A stretch of 64,000 nucleotides of DNA from a bacterium (GCA_021814695.1 JAKAHY010000003.1:20692-84691), one strand, 5' to 3'. Counted from the stretch's first letter, positions 1 to 10,053 are shown. Made by a program: numbers and translations. The notes: a model not told the origin generated them from the letters alone.

Positions 1-1997
1 CGCATTGCCAGGGGCTTGGAACAAAGCTTGAGATTGATTTGGATATTATTCTCGAGCCGACCTTATCGCTTGAAGCCGGCGCCATCAAGCCTCTTTTTTC
101 TTTGAGCCGAATGGCTCGGCGCGCATTGGGGGCCAACTGGCAGCATTTTGTGACAGAAACAATAGTCAGGGACCATGGTTATTCTCCCAAGACTAAATTC
201 GGGGATCTTTCCAAGGAGGTTCAGGATTTGATTCTTTACGGAAGCGGGGAAAATTATATTCAACTTCAAGACGGAGACTGGGAAGGAAAAACTCAGTTTG
301 AAGGAATTTTACCCAGATTGGAGAGGTTATACTACGAAACGGATTCGGATTTTATAAGGCAAGAACTCGGTAAATATATGCGCGAAGCAACTTGTCCGGT
401 TTGTCAGGGAGCCAGAGTAAAAAAAGAGTCGCTGGCGGTAAAAGTCGGGGGAAAAAACATCGCTGAAGTTGCCACGCTACCGGCCCAAAAACTTGTTAAT
501 TTTTGCCGTGCCGAAATATACAAGGGGATGTCCCAAAGCCAAAAATCGGTAGCCGAACCTATAATAAAAGAAATAATTACCAAAACTCAATTTCTCAATG
601 ATGTCGGTTTGGATTATATGACAATCAATCGTTCGGCAACGACGCTTTCGGTGGGTGAAAATCAACGCATTCGTTTGGCGACTCAGCTGGGGTCGGGGCT
701 TTCGGGAGTCATTTACGTTTTGGATGAGCCGACTATCGGTCTTCATCCGCAGGACACCGACAGGTTGATAAATACGTTAAAGACATTAAGAGACCTTCAA
801 AACACCGTTGTTGTTGTTGAACACGACGAAAGAGTTATCGCAGAATCGGATTGGGTGATAGAGATAGGTCCGGGAGCGGGAGAGGATGGGGGCAAGGTTG
901 TTTTTACCGGTACTCCCCAGGAACTTTTGAAATCAAAAACTTTGACCGGAATGTATTTATCGGGCAAAAAAACAACCGAATCCGGACTTGAAAAAAATCT
1001 GACCGACATCAAAGAAAAAGAATCCATTAAAATATTGGGAGCTTCCCAATTTAATCTTAAGGACGTCGATTTTAAGGTGCCGACAAAAAAGTTTGTCTGT
1101 GTTGCGGGAGTTTCGGGTTCGGGAAAAAGCACCTTGGTATTGGATGTATTTGCCAAAGCTCTGGAAAAAGAAGTTCTTAAATATCCGTCGGTACCGGGAG
1201 ATTACAAAAAACTTGAAGGCCAGGACAATATTAATAAGGTGATCGTTATAGACCAAAGCCCGATAGGAAGAACTCCGCGTTCCAATCCGGCCACATATAC
1301 CGGAATTTTTACTCCGATAAGATTGTTTTATTCCCATCTTGAGGAGGCGCAAATCCGCGGATATGGTCCGTCATATTTCAGTTTTAACGTTAAGCCTGGA
1401 AGGTGTGAAGCGTGCAGAGGCGAAGGATACAAAAAGGTAGAAATGTATTTTTTGCCGGATATGTACGTCGAGTGCGAGGTCTGTAAAGGAACCAGGTTTT
1501 CTCAGGAAGTTTTGGATGTTAAATATAAAGACAAGAGCATTGCCGATGTCTTAAATATGAGCGTCAAAGAAGCTTTGGGTTTTTTCGCATCATTCCCTCA
1601 GATTTCAGAAAAGATAAAAGTTCTAAACGAAATCGGTCTTGGATATATGAAACTGGGCCAACCGGCAACGACTTTGTCGGGAGGGGAAGCCCAAAGAATA
1701 AAATTAGCCGACGAGTTGGCTCGACGCTCGACGGGCAAAACTCTTTATGTTTTGGATGAGCCGACGGTGGGCTTGCATTTCGACGACGTTAAAAAACTTC
1801 TTTATATTTTGCGCTCGCTGGTGGTTAAAGGAAATACGGTTTTGGTAATTGAACACAACCTGGACGTATTGAAAGAGGCCGACTGGATTGTTGAGCTTGG
1901 TCCCGGGGGCGGAGAAAGCGGAGGTAAAATTGTTTTCGAGGGAACTCTGGACCAGATAAAAAAGAAAAAAACAACAACCGGAAAGTATTTGATATAA
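1..1997 (+). CDS. uvrA: Excinuclease ABC subunit A, C-terminal ~650 aa; gene continues upstream of the window (no stop in frame back to position 3)
   Basis: Two ABC ATPase modules are present. Signature motifs are LSVGENQRIRLATQL and LSGGEAQRIKLADEL. The Zn-finger CPVCQG...CEAC...CEVC and the Walker A GVSGSGKST are also present. Confidence 0.93.
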   Translation, partial: HCQGLGTKLEIDLDIILEPTLSLEAGAIKPLFSLSRMARRALGANWQHFVTETIVRDHGYSPKTKFGDLSKEVQDLILYGSGENYIQLQDGDWEGKTQFEGILPRLERLYYETDSDFIRQELGKYMREATCPVCQGARVKKESLAVKVGGKNIAEVATLPAQKLVNFCRAEIYKGMSQSQKSVAEPIIKEIITKTQFLNDVGLDYMTINRSATTLSVGENQRIRLATQLGSGLSGVIYVLDEPTIGLHPQDTDRLINTLKTLRDLQNTVVVVEHDERVIAESDWVIEIGPGAGEDGGKVVFTGTPQELLKSKTLTGMYLSGKKTTESGLEKNLTDIKEKESIKILGASQFNLKDVDFKVPTKKFVCVAGVSGSGKSTLVLDVFAKALEKEVLKYPSVPGDYKKLEGQDNINKVIVIDQSPIGRTPRSNPATYTGIFTPIRLFYSHLEEAQIRGYGPSYFSFNVKPGRCEACRGEGYKKVEMYFLPDMYVECEVCKGTRFSQEVLDVKYKDKSIADVLNMSVKEALGFFASFPQISEKIKVLNEIGLGYMKLGQPATTLSGGEAQRIKLADELARRSTGKTLYVLDEPTVGLHFDDVKKLLYILRSLVVKGNTVLVIEHNLDVLKEADWIVELGPGGGESGGKIVFEGTLDQIKKKKTTTGKYLI

Positions 1998-2071
1998 ATA
2001 GATATAAGATTGAGATAAAGTTGATATATTAAGAGAGGTTGTTGTGAAGTGAAGGTGTTTATAAAAAAGAA

Positions 2072-2100
2072 GGGGAGCAGCGCGAAGCTGCTCCCTTTTG
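2072..2100. terminator. Bidirectional intrinsic terminator between uvrA and the convergent high-GC gene
   Basis: Perfect hairpin GGGAGCAGC-GCGAA-GCTGCTCCC, flanked by a T-run on the + strand and an A-run (T-run on the - strand) upstream. Confidence 0.8.
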
Positions 2101-2148
2101 AGACTGGCACGAATGTTTCGGGTTCTTGGTGTTGCGCTAACCCGGAGG

Positions 2149-2607
2149 TTAGCTGAGGAGGTCGATGATGCCGTTCAGCTCGGCCGCCTCGCTGTTGAGC
2201 TTGACCGCTTCCATCTGGAGCTCGGTTGCCTTGGCGTCTGCCTTGCCCTTGGTTTCGTTGACCTTGTAGCTGATCCTGTTGTGGATGGCTGCGATCTTGG
2301 CCTCCAGCCTGGAGATCTTAGCCTCCATCTTGAGGATCATCCGGTCGATAACGTCGCGGGCGCTCGAGAGAACATTGCGCGCCGCATCGTTCAGAGCATG
2401 AGCGCCGCTGACCTTGGCCTCGCGCTCGGACCGGGCCTCGTCAAGAGCGACGAAGTTGATGCCGGCGGACTCCAGGAAGTCCTGGAGATCCTGGACGGCG
2501 TCCTGCGACGCCACCCGACCGCGCGCTTCCCACCGCGTGAGAAGCTTGCGCAGCTCCTCGAGTCCGTACTTCGCCTTGAAAAGGTGAGACAGGGTTGTGA
2601 TCTTCAC
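2149..2607 (-). CDS. Hypothetical alpha-helical / coiled-coil protein, 152 aa, GTG start. It sits in a ~60% GC island inside the AT-rich genome
   Basis: ORF with RBS AAGGGAG 7 nt upstream of GTG. Consensus promoter TTGACT-16-TATAAT (rc of 2710-2738). Terminator at 2072-2100. A/E/R/K-rich heptad-like sequence. Confidence 0.6.
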   Translation of the reverse strand: MKITTLSHLFKAKYGLEELRKLLTRWEARGRVASQDAVQDLQDFLESAGINFVALDEARSEREAKVSGAHALNDAARNVLSSARDVIDRMILKMEAKISRLEAKIAAIHNRISYKVNETKGKADAKATELQMEAVKLNSEAAELNGIIDLLS

Positions 2608-2738
2608 TGGCGACTCCCTTCGGTCCTTTGTGCCCCTTAGTTCTCCTCAAAACCAGAGATTGGGGCTGGTTTTCTTTTCGTGCCTTAGTGTACGATTATT
2701 ACGAATGAAATTATAAACTATTGTATAAAAAAGTCAAC

Positions 2739-2878
2739 CCCGCACCTTTGCTCAACTCAAGCTATCGCTTGAATTAGTATTTATAACCACCAAAGCTGTT
2801 GATTGTTTTAAATTGGGCCGATAGCTTCAGCTCTTACTATCAAAAATGGCCTATTATACAGTTGAGCAAAGGTGCGGG
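2739..2878. repeat. Inverted-repeat element: 18-bp perfect arms CCCGCACCTTTGCTCAAC / GTTGAGCAAAGGTGCGGG, plus an inner IR (AGCTATCG / CGATAGCT)
   Basis: Direct reading of the sequence. The element lies immediately upstream of the -35 of the 2149..2607 gene promoter and between two divergent genes. Confidence 0.75.
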
Positions 2879-2977
2879 ATTAACCCCATTAGAAGCAGAT
2901 ATGCGCTGCGAGCACTTGCAGACTCTATCTGGATAAAGCATCTTAAAAAAGCATCTATTTTGATATAATTTAAAATA

Positions 2978-3196
2978 ATGAAAATAACCGTGATTGCTAA
3001 AGTCGGAAAAAAAGAAGAAAAGATTATCAAATTAAATAACTTGTTGTTTGAAGTCTGGACAAAAATGCCCGCCAAGGAAAACAAGGCCAACGAAGATATT
3101 ATTCGCCAGCTGGCCCAATATTTTAAAATTCCCAAATCCCGAATCAGCCTTTATCTCGGCAGAACTCAAAAAGAAAAAGTTTTTGAAATAAAATAA
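2978..3196 (+). CDS. DUF167 / YggU-family small protein (72 aa)
   Basis: Size and pattern (VxVxAKxxKKEEKI, LxxxFxIPKSRISLYLGRTQKEK) fit UPF0235/DUF167. Followed by hairpin terminator AAAGACCATAATATGGTCTTT. Confidence 0.55.
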   Translation: MKITVIAKVGKKEEKIIKLNNLLFEVWTKMPAKENKANEDIIRQLAQYFKIPKSRISLYLGRTQKEKVFEIK

Positions 3197-3238
3197 AAGA
3201 CCATAATATGGTCTTTAAATTCCGATCTATTATCTCGA

Positions 3239-3457
3239 TTAGTTCTGGTCCGTCTTTCCGGAAAGTCTTTTCAATTTATTTTCCAATTGATACGTTTTTT
3301 CGGTAGCTACGGCCAGGATGTACATTCCGACAAATTCAATACCAAGCGACAAATTTATCAACGATTCGTGCTTACTCGTTGCAAATCCTACCATACCGAT
3401 TACAAGCAATATAACTCCCAATATGACCAATCTGATGATGCGAACCAATCCTATCAT
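3239..3457 (-). CDS. Small membrane protein, 72 aa, two predicted TM helices
   Basis: Hydrophobic ORF with RBS GGAGGT. Shares the convergent bidirectional terminator at 3197-3238. Confidence 0.5.
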   Translation of the reverse strand: MIGLVRIIRLVILGVILLVIGMVGFATSKHESLINLSLGIEFVGMYILAVATEKTYQLENKLKRLSGKTDQN

Positions 3458-3541
3458 TTGGGTACCTCCGAATTTCTACAAATAATATAAGCGGTTTTCT
3501 ATAAGCTGTCAATTTTATTTGATTATCGATTAAGCCCCCGA

Positions 3542-4255
3542 TTATTTTATGTGATGGAAAACATCGACAATAAGCCGATCGTCGGGAGTGATTGTTTTTT
3601 CGATGGCTTTAAAAATAACATCTGCCACCTGTTGAGGGGTGTGGTACGGTTTTTCTTTTGGAAAAAGCCCTTTAAACATTTTTGTATTGGTTGATCCCGG
3701 GCACACCGTCACAAAATTCATTTTCAGTTTTTTTAACTCCTCATTTAATCCCTGGGTAATATTAATAACAGCGGCTTTGGTCGCGGAGTAAACAGCAATT
3801 TCATCAACGCCATAAATTCCTGCTCCGGAAGCGATGTTGATAACAGTTTTCCCTTGGCAAGAATTTGATGTTTCGCATAGTTTTATAAATTCCTGCATGC
3901 AGATAAATACCCCTTTTACATTAACTCCTATTACAAAATCCCAATCCTTTTCGGTTGTTCTCAAAAAATCTTCTCTTTTTGCCACTCCGGCATTATTTAT
4001 TAAGATATCCAGAGAGCCGAACTTTTTTTCAGCCGCCTCCATTGCTTTTCTGACCTGATTTCGTTTTCGGACATCTCCCTTGGCCAATAATACTCGGCCA
4101 TTAAGATTTAACTCCTTCATCTCGGTTGTCTTTGGAATGTCGGGAGAATAGATAACAACGTTGTATCCTTTGGAGAGAAGCAAATGGGCCGTTGCTAGAC
4201 CGATTCCGGAAGCGCCTCCGGTAATAAAAGCGGTTTTGATCTTGGTGGTTGTCAT
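3542..4255 (-). CDS. Short-chain dehydrogenase/reductase (SDR) family oxidoreductase
   Basis: TGGASGIGLATA Rossmann motif, NNAG, and YSATK (YxxxK catalytic motif). Confidence 0.88.
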   Translation of the reverse strand: MTTTKIKTAFITGGASGIGLATAHLLLSKGYNVVIYSPDIPKTTEMKELNLNGRVLLAKGDVRKRNQVRKAMEAAEKKFGSLDILINNAGVAKREDFLRTTEKDWDFVIGVNVKGVFICMQEFIKLCETSNSCQGKTVINIASGAGIYGVDEIAVYSATKAAVINITQGLNEELKKLKMNFVTVCPGSTNTKMFKGLFPKEKPYHTPQQVADVIFKAIEKTITPDDRLIVDVFHHIK

Positions 4256-4279
4256 GATATTATTCAGTATATCACAGTT

Positions 4280-5332
4280 ATGAGTTACGGATTATTTCTC
4301 GCTACGCTGATAGTTGTTCTTGGGGCCGCATTTGTAGCGGCGTACTTTTTGTTCGGAAAAAAGAACAAGGGAGAGGAAAAGACCCAGGATTCCGCCTTTC
4401 TTATGCTTCAAAATCAACTGAACGAAATAACGCGGGTTATGGACAGCAAATTGGGGGAATCACAGAAGGCCACAGTCAGCCAATTCCAGGAAAGTGCCAA
4501 AATAATCCGGGACGTGACCGAAAAATTAACCAAACTGGACGAGACCAACAAACAAGTTATAAATTTTGCCGACCAACTCAAGAATTTGCAGGATATTTTG
4601 AAAAATCCGAAACAGCGGGGAATTTTGGGAGAGTATTATTTGGAAACGGTTTTAAAAAATGTTTTTGCGCCCGGGCAATATCAGATGCAGTATGAGTTCA
4701 AGGATGGAGTGATTGTGGATGCCGTGGTATTTGTAAAGGATAAGATAGTTCCGATTGACTCAAAATTTAGCTTGGAAAATTACAACAGAATTTTGGAAAG
4801 CCGCACCGACGACGAGCGGGAAAGATATGAATCGGCATTTATCAGCGATTTGAAAACAAGAATAGACGAGACTTCCAAATACGTAAAACCCGAAGAGGGT
4901 ACGATGGAGTTTGCTTTCATGTTTATACCTTCCGAGGCCGTCTATTATGATTTGCTGATAAATAAAGTAGGAGCGCTTAAGGCCAATACGAGGGATCTAA
5001 TCGAATATGCCGCTCAAAAGAAAGTTATGGTTGTTTCGCCAACGACATTTCTGGCTTATTTGCAGACGGTTCTCCAGGGCCTTAAAGCAATGCAGATAGA
5101 AGAATCGGCAAAGGAAATCAGAAAAAGAGTTGAGGATTTAGGCAAACATCTGACGGCGTTTGATTCGTATATGGGAAAACTCGCCGGCCATCTGAGCACT
5201 ACCGTAAACACTTTCAATACTGCCCACAAAGAGCTTGGAAAAATAGATAAAGACGTTCTCAAGATAACCGGAGATTCGGGCGGAATAGAAATTAAGCAGA
5301 TTGAAAAGCCGACACTGTTTGACGAAGAATAA
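4280..5332 (+). CDS. rmuC: DNA recombination protein RmuC (short paralog, 350 aa)
   Basis: N-terminal TM helix, coiled-coil region, and the RmuC core FMFIPSEAVYYDLL...VMVVSPTTFLAYLQTV. Confidence 0.8.
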   Translation: MSYGLFLATLIVVLGAAFVAAYFLFGKKNKGEEKTQDSAFLMLQNQLNEITRVMDSKLGESQKATVSQFQESAKIIRDVTEKLTKLDETNKQVINFADQLKNLQDILKNPKQRGILGEYYLETVLKNVFAPGQYQMQYEFKDGVIVDAVVFVKDKIVPIDSKFSLENYNRILESRTDDERERYESAFISDLKTRIDETSKYVKPEEGTMEFAFMFIPSEAVYYDLLINKVGALKANTRDLIEYAAQKKVMVVSPTTFLAYLQTVLQGLKAMQIEESAKEIRKRVEDLGKHLTAFDSYMGKLAGHLSTTVNTFNTAHKELGKIDKDVLKITGDSGGIEIKQIEKPTLFDEE

Positions 5333-5442
5333 AATATCCGCCTGGTAGGCGGATTTATTTTGGGTGCGTGGGGTTGACTTTCTTTCCGGCGCGACTAAAA
5401 TTGCTATACGAATCAACTTTATAAGTAAAATATTTAAGCGAT

Positions 5443-5730
5443 ATGAACTTAAAACCGCTCTCAAACCATATTCTCATCCAACCTTTGGAGGAAGAAAAAA
5501 CAACGAAGTCGGGATTGGTGTTGCCGGAAAACGCTTCGGAAAAACCGACGCGAGGTAAAATCATTGCCGTAGGTTCCGGAAAGAAAGACGAAAAGGGACA
5601 ATTAATTTCCATGACCGTAAAAGTCGGCGATATTGTTTTGTTCAAAAAATACGGCCCTGACGAAATAGAAATGGATGGGGTTAAGTATCTTATAGGAGAT
5701 GAGGATGATGTATTGGCAATAATCGAATAA
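5443..5730 (+). CDS. groES: Co-chaperonin GroES
   Basis: 95 aa. LKPLSNHILIQP...KSGLVLPE...GKIIAVGSG is the classic Cpn10 sequence. Confidence 0.95.
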   Translation: MNLKPLSNHILIQPLEEEKTTKSGLVLPENASEKPTRGKIIAVGSGKKDEKGQLISMTVKVGDIVLFKKYGPDEIEMDGVKYLIGDEDDVLAIIE

Positions 5731-5769
5731 ATAATTGGTGGTAATTAGTAAATAATAATTTTTTAAACT

Positions 5770-7410
5770 ATGGCTAAGCAAATACTTTTTAATGAAAAAG
5801 CTAGGGATGCTATAAAAAGAGGAATCGATAAATTGGCCGAAGCGGTCAAGATGACCTTGGGTCCCAGAGGAAGAGCGGTTGTTATTGAAAAGGGATACGG
5901 CGCTCCGCAGGTAACTTTCGATGGAGTGACGGTTGCAAAGGAGATTGAGCTCGAAGATAAGTATGAAAATCTCGGAGCCGAATTCATAAAGCAGGCAGCC
6001 GACAAGACAAACGACGTCGTAGGCGATGGAACGACAACGTCGGTTGTACTTGCTCATGCGATGATAAACGAAGGCGAGAGGCTTATTCGCGAGAAAGGAT
6101 TTAATGTGATTCAGCTTTCGGAGGCTCTCAAAAAAATGAGCACGGACGTTATTAAAGAGCTCGAATCTCAAAGAGAGGTAATAGCGGACGACAAAAAAAT
6201 AAAAGAAGTCGCCACCCTTTCGGCGAAAGACGAAGGCATCGGAGAAAAAATAGCCGAAGTGATGAAAAAGATGGGCAAAGAAGGAGTTGTCACGGTTGAA
6301 GATTCAAATGCTATCGGAATAGACCACGAAATGGTGGAAGGAATGCAATTTGATAGGGGATACATTTCTGCTTATATGGTAACCAACCCCGATAAGATGG
6401 AGGCGACCATCGAAGATCCTTATATTCTTGTGACCGATAAGAAAATTTCCGCAATAAACGAAATTGTTCCGCTTTTGGAGAAAGTGATAAAGACCGGAAA
6501 AAAAGAAATGGTAATTATCGCCGATGACGTTGATGGAGAGGCTTTGGCAACTCTGGTACTCAACAAGCTTCGCGGAATATTTACCGTACTGGCTCTTAAA
6601 GCTCCGGGATTTGGGGACAGAAAAAAAGAAATGCTTCAGGACATCTGTGTTGTCACGGGAGCCGAATTTATTTCCGAAGAAATGGGCAGAAAGCTTGAAA
6701 ATGTAGATGTCACCAATTTAGGAACAGCCCGAAGAGTGGTGTCCAATAAGGACAATACAACAATAGTAGACGGAAAAGGCGGCAAGGACGCGATCGAAAA
6801 GCGCATCGCTCAGATTCGTTCACAGTTACAGAAAACGGAATCCGATTTCGATAAAGAAAAACTTCAGGAACGCTTGGGAAAACTTTCCGGAGGCGTGGGA
6901 GTTATCAAAGTTGGAGCTCCGACCGAATCGGCCCAAAAAGAACTGAAACAAAGAGTTGAAGATGCCGTAGCTGCCACAAAGGCGGCCATGGAAGAGGGAA
7001 TAGTCCCCGGAGGAGGAATGGCTCTTTACAATGTTTCTGTTAAGGGAGTTAAGCTTGCCGATGGATTTGATAAACATGTTTCGGAAGCGGCCAACTCAAT
7101 CATTCAAAAAGCCCTTCAGTCTCCTTTAGAGGCGATAGCGATCAACAGCGGTGCCGATTATAAAGGTGTTGTCGAAAAACTCGGAAAAGAAAAAGGAGAC
7201 AATTCATGGTTCGGATATAATGCGATGACCGATGAAGTGGGAGATTTAAAAGAGGCCGGCATTATTGATCCGCTGAAAGTTACCAAAACTGCTTTTATAA
7301 ACGCTCTTTCGGTTGCCGGAAATTATCTGACAATTGGAGCGGCGGTTACCGACATTCCGGAAAAGAAAGAAGAACCCAAAGGGATGCCGCATATGCATGA
7401 TTATGAATAG
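5770..7410 (+). CDS. groEL: Chaperonin GroEL
   Basis: 546 aa. AKQILFNEKARDAIKRGIDKLAEAVKMTLGPRGR is near-consensus Cpn60. A terminator hairpin follows at 7437-7468. Confidence 0.97.
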   Translation: MAKQILFNEKARDAIKRGIDKLAEAVKMTLGPRGRAVVIEKGYGAPQVTFDGVTVAKEIELEDKYENLGAEFIKQAADKTNDVVGDGTTTSVVLAHAMINEGERLIREKGFNVIQLSEALKKMSTDVIKELESQREVIADDKKIKEVATLSAKDEGIGEKIAEVMKKMGKEGVVTVEDSNAIGIDHEMVEGMQFDRGYISAYMVTNPDKMEATIEDPYILVTDKKISAINEIVPLLEKVIKTGKKEMVIIADDVDGEALATLVLNKLRGIFTVLALKAPGFGDRKKEMLQDICVVTGAEFISEEMGRKLENVDVTNLGTARRVVSNKDNTTIVDGKGGKDAIEKRIAQIRSQLQKTESDFDKEKLQERLGKLSGGVGVIKVGAPTESAQKELKQRVEDAVAATKAAMEEGIVPGGGMALYNVSVKGVKLADGFDKHVSEAANSIIQKALQSPLEAIAINSGADYKGVVEKLGKEKGDNSWFGYNAMTDEVGDLKEAGIIDPLKVTKTAFINALSVAGNYLTIGAAVTDIPEKKEEPKGMPHMHDYE

Positions 7411-7555
7411 TAATCAGTAAATAGTAATTAATAAATAAAACGGGGGTGATAAACGCCCCCGTTTTTATGTAGAGTTTTTTCGCTAATTACTAATAACCGA
7501 TTACCATTTACTGATAACGGGCGTTTTGTTTTTTATGCGATTATGATACAATTGA

Positions 7556-8143
7556 TTGGTAATAATTAATAATAACAATATGGATATTCTTTCATCGTTG
7601 AACGTTCTCTGGATTCTTTTGGTTCTGATCGTGTTGGCGACCATTTTCATTTACAACGGCCTTATCCGTACTCGTACCCGGGTTAAAGAAGCCTGGTCCG
7701 ATATTGAGGTACAACTCAAACGGAGATATGACCTGATTCCTAACTTGGTAAGTACGGTCAAAGGATATGCGTCACACGAGCAGGGAGTATTTGAAGACGT
7801 AACCAATGCCCGGGCAAACGCTCTTTCTGCGGGCTCCAAAGACGAAAAAGCTCAGGCAGAAAATGCTCTTTCGGGAACTCTAAAATCGCTTTTTGCGGTT
7901 GCCGAAAATTACCCCGATCTTAAAGCCAATCAAAACTTTTTGGATCTTCAGAGCCAACTGACCGATACCGAAGATAAAATTCAGGCAGCGCGCAGATTCT
8001 ACAACAGCATCGTAATGGATTTGAACACGCGAGTTCAGACGTTTCCTACCAATTTTTTGGCAAGAATATTTGGCATCGGACAAGAAGAATTTTTCGGGGT
8101 CGAATCCGAGGCGGAAAAATCTCCTGTAGAAGTAAAATTTTAA
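7556..8143 (+). CDS. lemA: LemA family protein (the true start may be ATG at 7580, MDILSS...)
   Basis: N-terminal TM helix then the LemA helical domain (IRTRTRVKEAWSDIEVQLKRRYDLIPNLV). Confidence 0.85.
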   Translation: MVIINNNNMDILSSLNVLWILLVLIVLATIFIYNGLIRTRTRVKEAWSDIEVQLKRRYDLIPNLVSTVKGYASHEQGVFEDVTNARANALSAGSKDEKAQAENALSGTLKSLFAVAENYPDLKANQNFLDLQSQLTDTEDKIQAARRFYNSIVMDLNTRVQTFPTNFLARIFGIGQEEFFGVESEAEKSPVEVKF

Positions 8144-8147
8144 TAAA

Positions 8148-8387
8148 ATGTCTTGGCAATATTTAAGTGGTCAGTTTGGAATGAATGCATGGGCATTGGT
8201 GGTGCTTGTTATCTGGACTCTTTTCTGGAAAGGATGGGCTTTATGGAAGTCTGCCAGAAGGGGAGAAAAATATTGGTTTGCTGCTTTGCTTATAATCAAT
8301 CTCCTGGGACTCCTGGAAATGCTTTATATCTTTGTGATTACACCCTGGATTGATTCCAAGAAAAAGAAAGCGGAGGTTAAAGAATAA
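8148..8387 (+). CDS. Small Trp-rich membrane protein (79 aa) between lemA and htpX
   Basis: Two hydrophobic helices. Operon position. Confidence 0.5.
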   Translation: MSWQYLSGQFGMNAWALVVLVIWTLFWKGWALWKSARRGEKYWFAALLIINLLGLLEMLYIFVITPWIDSKKKKAEVKE

Positions 8388-8454
8388 TTGACGTTTAAAA
8401 TAGGTTGTGAGAAAATTGCTCCGCATATCAAGCGGAGTAATTTATTAAATACTT

Positions 8455-9360
8455 ATGTCTACTACAGCATATTCATTCCGGGATTCAAACATAAGAAAAA
8501 CATGGGCGATATTTACGCTGTTTTTGATAATTGTTATCGGAGTGGGATGGATAATTTCACTGGCTTATAATGATGCCTCGATTCTTTATTTTGCGGTTAT
8601 TTTCAGTTTGGTAATGAACCTGATTGCTTATTGGAAATCGGATTCAATCGCGCTCTCTTTGTCACGGGCTCATGAGGCTGATAAAAATACCAACAGAGAT
8701 TTATTTAATGTTGTAGAAAATCTATCTATCACTACCGGAATTCCGACGCCCAAGATTTATATTATTGAAGATTCTTCGGCAAATGCATTTGCTACAGGAA
8801 GAAATCCAAAACATGCTTCGATTGCGGTAACTACCGGATTGTTGCAAAGGCTTAATAAGACCGAGTTGGAAGGGGTTATCGCTCATGAGATGTCTCATGT
8901 AAAAAATTACGACATTCTCGTTTCTACTGTTGTGGTTGTTTTGGTCGGGTTTATCACGATTCTTACGGATTTTTTTATGAGAAGTTTGTGGTGGCGGGGG
9001 CGGGATAGCCGCGAAAACAATGGATCTATCTTTATGATAATCGGAATTGCTACCGCTATTCTGGCTCCAATACTGGCGACAATTATTCAGATGGCCATTT
9101 CCAGAAAAAGGGAATTTTTGGCCGATGCGTCCGGAGCGTTGATAACCCGATACCCGGAAGGGCTGGCTTCGGCTCTTGAAAAAATATCCTCCGATAGGCC
9201 TATGGCACATCCCCAAAATGCCACGGCTCATATGTTTTTTTCCAGTCCGTTTAAGGCGGATGCCGGAGGTCAGCAGAAAACTCCGTGGTTTGTAAAATTA
9301 TTTATGACCCACCCGCCCATAGAAGAGCGTATCAAGGCATTGAGGCAAATGTCTCAATAA
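8455..9360 (+). CDS. htpX: HtpX-like M48 zinc metalloprotease
   Basis: HEMSHVKNYD (HExxH) motif, multi-TM topology, and a C-terminal PPIEERI motif. Confidence 0.9.
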   Translation: MSTTAYSFRDSNIRKTWAIFTLFLIIVIGVGWIISLAYNDASILYFAVIFSLVMNLIAYWKSDSIALSLSRAHEADKNTNRDLFNVVENLSITTGIPTPKIYIIEDSSANAFATGRNPKHASIAVTTGLLQRLNKTELEGVIAHEMSHVKNYDILVSTVVVVLVGFITILTDFFMRSLWWRGRDSRENNGSIFMIIGIATAILAPILATIIQMAISRKREFLADASGALITRYPEGLASALEKISSDRPMAHPQNATAHMFFSSPFKADAGGQQKTPWFVKLFMTHPPIEERIKALRQMSQ

Positions 9361-9397
9361 TCTTGCTATTTATTGCCGTTGAATTTATAGTTTCATT

Positions 9398-9730
9398 ATG
9401 AAAGAACTTGCCGGTTCCGAGCGGGCGCCGATGCCCGAACGGGAAGCAATTCGAAAAGAATTGGAGGCGCTCATTCAGATTGAAAATAATCCTCACTTAA
9501 AATCGCTTAATATAAGCGAAATAGGTGATGAAGAAATAGAACTGTTTGGAAAATATCTGAAAGGCTCGCTTGGGGAAATTGAATTAAAAATCCGGATGGA
9601 AGCCATATCCAAAGAGCTTCATTCCAAAGGCATTGGCAGCGAAAAAATCCTTGACGACTCACGGATGAATCTTTTAGCATATCTTTTGAACAAAACAATT
9701 CTTTCAAAAGTTGAAAATAAGCAGAAATAA
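9398..9730 (+). CDS. Hypothetical protein (110 aa)
   Basis: ORF only. Confidence 0.4.
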   Translation: MKELAGSERAPMPEREAIRKELEALIQIENNPHLKSLNISEIGDEEIELFGKYLKGSLGEIELKIRMEAISKELHSKGIGSEKILDDSRMNLLAYLLNKTILSKVENKQK

Positions 9731-9736
9731 AATCAA

Positions 9737-9761
9737 AATCCCGCTTAAAGCGGAAGGGTGC
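9737..9761 (+). repeat. 25-nt exact copy of the sequence spanning the tRNA-Ser 5' flank plus its first 10 nt (AATCCCGCTTAAAGCGGAAGGGTGC). The second copy is at 9948-9972
   Basis: Direct repeat seen in the sequence. Followed by a ~140-nt GC-rich segment (9762-9900) with long-range complementarity (CTGAAGCT / AGCTTCAG). Confidence 0.8.
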
Positions 9762-9962
9762 CCGCCTTGCGCCACCGCTGAAGCTAAGGCGGCACGTGGT
9801 CGCAAACCTCTTTCGCGTAAAGCTTCAGAGGTCACGGAATGCTACGGCGGGCAGGCAAGAGTTAGAGATGGAGAGTTCGCATAGTGGTCTAGTGCGCAAG
9901 ATTGTTCCCGATTTATCTGAAATTTTAAAAATGAAGTTATAAATCGCAATCCCGCTTAAAGC

Positions 9963-10049
9963 GGAAGGGTGCAGGAGTGGTTTAACTGGTGGTCCTGGAA
10001 AGACCATGTGCCAGAAATGGCACCGCGAGTTCGAATCTCGCCCCTTCCG
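9963..10049 (+). tRNA. tRNA-Ser (anticodon GGA), type II with a long variable arm, no encoded CCA
   Basis: Manual fold. Acceptor GGAAGGG/CCCUUCC, D-stem CAG/CUG, anticodon stem UGGUC/GACCA with loop CUGGAAA, variable stem GUGCC/GGCAC, T-arm GCGAG-UUCGAAU-CUCGC, discriminator G. Confidence 0.85.
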
Positions 10050-10053
10050 CTTT

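Noticed and set aside
2098-2650. ORFs 2098..2640 (+) and 2441..2650 (-) overlapping the coiled-coil gene
   Set aside because: These are high-GC frame artefacts. Only the 2149..2607 minus frame has a promoter, an RBS and a coherent heptad-like sequence.
3287-3490. + strand ORF 3287..3490 instead of the - strand membrane protein
   Set aside because: The - strand ORF has a GGAGGT RBS and a coherent two-helix hydrophobic profile. The + strand frame is compositionally odd and lacks signals.
5335-5442. CIRCE/HrcA operator upstream of groES
   Set aside because: No TTAGCACTC-N9-GAGTGCTAA-like inverted repeat is present. Only a sigma70-like promoter (TTGACT-16-TAAAAT) after the rmuC terminator.
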